Shown here: piece by piece, positions 62,060-64,000 of the stretch
Position numbering within the stretch: position 1 is the first letter of the stretch
How the letters are laid out: each line of letters begins with the position of its first letter
Assembly (NCBI GenBank): GCA_963788195.1
Contig: CAWBGA010000002.1
Location: 64,001-128,000, forward strand
Reading direction: 5' to 3'
DNA length: 64,000 bases
Source: Nitrospirota bacterium
GTDB lineage: Bacteria > Nitrospirota > Nitrospiria > Nitrospirales > NS-4
Notes under the pieces: generated by a model
Databases searched by the model: none
What the model saw: the letters and a program-made list of their open reading frames with translations, nothing else
Told to the model about the DNA's origin: nothing
Translations under genes and position numbers: made by a program

Positions 62060-64000
62060 CTATAAGATTTGCGGCGCCAGGTAGCGCACGCTTTTCATCT
62101 CAGCCAGCAGCGCAAGCTTCTCGATCGACACCCGACCGATGATGAGTTTGCCGGTCTTGGGTTGCAGCACGATCTCAAATCCCAGCTTCTTGATCTCGTC
62201 TAGGGTCGTCTGCGTCGTGTCGGAGAGCCATACCTGAACTTCCGCGCGTCCATTCCTGACGAACTTTGCTTCCTCAGCAGTAGCCGCTTTCTTCAGCTTC
62301 AACCGGTCTACTAGGGCTGCGATAGCAGGGTGCAGTTTCATAGGCCTCGCATTCACGGTAGTGTCGGTTGGCGGTTCTTCGAACACGCCTGAATAATGCC
62401 GTTTGGCCATTGAAAATTCCCGCATGAGCCCTTGTCGGGGAGCGATTGAGGCCGGCGCATTCAAGGCGCGATAATCCGTCTTGCTGCCGCCGAAGACCCC
62501 TTCGTAGCTCACACCCTCCGGCATTTCCACCGGGACATCAATGCGGCGTGGCAGCCCCCCGTCCGTAATCACCATCTCTTCCACCGCGACAAATGAGGTG
62601 AATTGGGTCATCAGGCGGTAGTCCAGGCCGATTTTCGTAATGGCTTCTCGTACCTCCTGCCGCGCATTTCCTTGCTGAATCCCGTTGTAGTCCTGTCCCA
62701 TTAGATGCTCAACGTGTGTACGTGCCCATAATGTCGCCACAACGTCATGGTGGGGCTCCGACGCCGGCAGCGTCACCTGGATCTCCCGGATCATCTCGCG
62801 TCCTGCCGTCTTCCCACGCAGTCGAATGACGCCGGTACTGCTTTCCGTATAGCGACCGGACAGGACGACCGGCTTGGCGCTGAACAGGTCCGGGATGCGC
62901 TTCGGGTAGATGTCGGCCAGAGGGAGGCGGCCCCAATCTACGGAAATATCGGTCAACAACGGATTGCGGATGCGCTCATGAAAGCGGCGCGCGGCCGTCG
63001 AGCCATCATCCTGGAGGCCGACGTACTCCACTTCGCCGCGCCCGTGCTCCGCCATCTTGTCCAGCAGGAAACGGTTGACTGCGCTGCCGATGCCAAACGC
63101 GAAGACGCGGGCGTTCGGATGTTTTTGTACTTCGGCGACGATCTCCATATCGTTGCCGACATAGCCGTCAGTCATGAAGCATACGATCCGCACATGTTGC
63201 TGCGAGTCGGAGGAATCAAGAGCGGCCCGAATGGCTTTCATCATCTCGGTCCCGCCGCCGCCTGAGCGCGACTCCAGAAACATCTGCGCCTTGCGGAGAT
63301 TTTCCTTGCTGGCGGGCACCGGCTGCGGGAACAGGATGTGCGTATCGCCGGCAAACGTGATGAGGTTGAACGTGTCGTGGGGATACAGTCCATCGAGCGC
63401 CAGCCGCATCGTTTCCTTGGCCTTTTCGATCGGGAAACCGGACATGGATCCGGATGTGTCCAACACGAACACCAGTTCCTTGGGAGTAACATCTGCTGTA
63501 GTGACGCGGTCCGGCGGCTGAAGAATCAGTGTGAAAAAACCACCCCCGCCATCGCGGTGGGTAAGCAGAGCATCTTGGATCTTCCGCCCGGCGACGTCAT
63601 ACCGAAGAATGAAATCCTTGTTGGGGAGGACCTCCTTTTGCCGCAGGCGGATGCGCGCCTGGTTCGTTGCCGTTCTTTCCACGTCAATCTCATGGGTCGG
63701 GGATTGCAAGCCTTCCATCGGGAGTCCGGTATCCAGCGCAATCTCAATAGAAATATCATGGCCGGCACGGGTTCCGGGCGGGGTGACGGGGGGCGTTATT
63801 CGGGAGGCGTCAGGAACCCTGTCCGTATCGTGAGCAAAACCGCCGCCCTGTTTTCCCAGCGCCGACCCTGTAATGTAGCGAGGTCCCACCACCATCGGGA
63901 ACACGACTTCATAGGACCCTGCATCATATTTGAGCAGCTCCACATAGCTGATCGTGACTTTTACCTGTTCCCCGGGAAGGATGTTCGCGACCGATTGCGT
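62060..64000 (-). CDS. VIT + vWA domain protein (start outside the window)
   Basis: TQSVANILPGEQVKVTISY, FPMVVGPRY, FVLDTSGSMSG MIDAS, GGTE, FMTDG. Confidence 0.9.
   Translation of the reverse strand, partial: TQSVANILPGEQVKVTISYVELLKYDAGSYEVVFPMVVGPRYITGSALGKQGGGFAHDTDRVPDASRITPPVTPPGTRAGHDISIEIALDTGLPMEGLQSPTHEIDVERTATNQARIRLRQKEVLPNKDFILRYDVAGRKIQDALLTHRDGGGGFFTLILQPPDRVTTADVTPKELVFVLDTSGSMSGFPIEKAKETMRLALDGLYPHDTFNLITFAGDTHILFPQPVPASKENLRKAQMFLESRSGGGGTEMMKAIRAALDSSDSQQHVRIVCFMTDGYVGNDMEIVAEVQKHPNARVFAFGIGSAVNRFLLDKMAEHGRGEVEYVGLQDDGSTAARRFHERIRNPLLTDISVDWGRLPLADIYPKRIPDLFSAKPVVLSGRYTESSTGVIRLRGKTAGREMIREIQVTLPASEPHHDVVATLWARTHVEHLMGQDYNGIQQGNARQEVREAITKIGLDYRLMTQFTSFVAVEEMVITDGGLPRRIDVPVEMPEGVSYEGVFGGSKTDYRALNAPASIAPRQGLMREFSMAKRHYSGVFEEPPTDTTVNARPMKLHPAIAALVDRLKLKKAATAEEAKFVRNGRAEVQVWLSDTTQTTLDEIKKLGFEIVLQPKTGKLIIGRVSIEKLALLAEMKSVRYLAPQIL

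Overview
A GC-rich bacterial chromosomal segment. Gene order and content suggest a Nitrospirota (Nitrospira-like) genome; this is an inference, with no database search. Most of it is housekeeping: gcvP, an sdhA/frdA-like flavoprotein, the rng-dprA-topA-trmFO-xerC-hslVU-argB run, mreBCD-mrdA-rodA, a complete nuoA-N complex I operon (fused nuoCD) headed by a MidA/NDUFAF7-type methyltransferase, and secA. Many essential genes carry single-base frameshifts, most likely long-read consensus indel errors. The most interesting signals are: (1) two DUF2946-like secreted leader proteins with CxxxC and C-terminal RAPP/RSPP arrest-type motifs, each upstream of a thiol-redox or Cys/His-rich outer-membrane gene; (2) a CADD/PqqC/TenA-like diiron enzyme coupled to a SAM methyltransferase with a PqqD/RRE-like N-terminus; (3) a dispersed intergenic hairpin repeat family with compensatory base changes, plus a ~40-nt mini-hairpin nested in the loops of two different host palindromes; (4) a tandem desulforedoxin-like protein with only three Cys per repeat; (5) small proteins missed by the ORF track (a 47-aa zinc ribbon and a 34-aa membrane peptide). 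No rRNA, tRNA, CRISPR array or transposase was seen.
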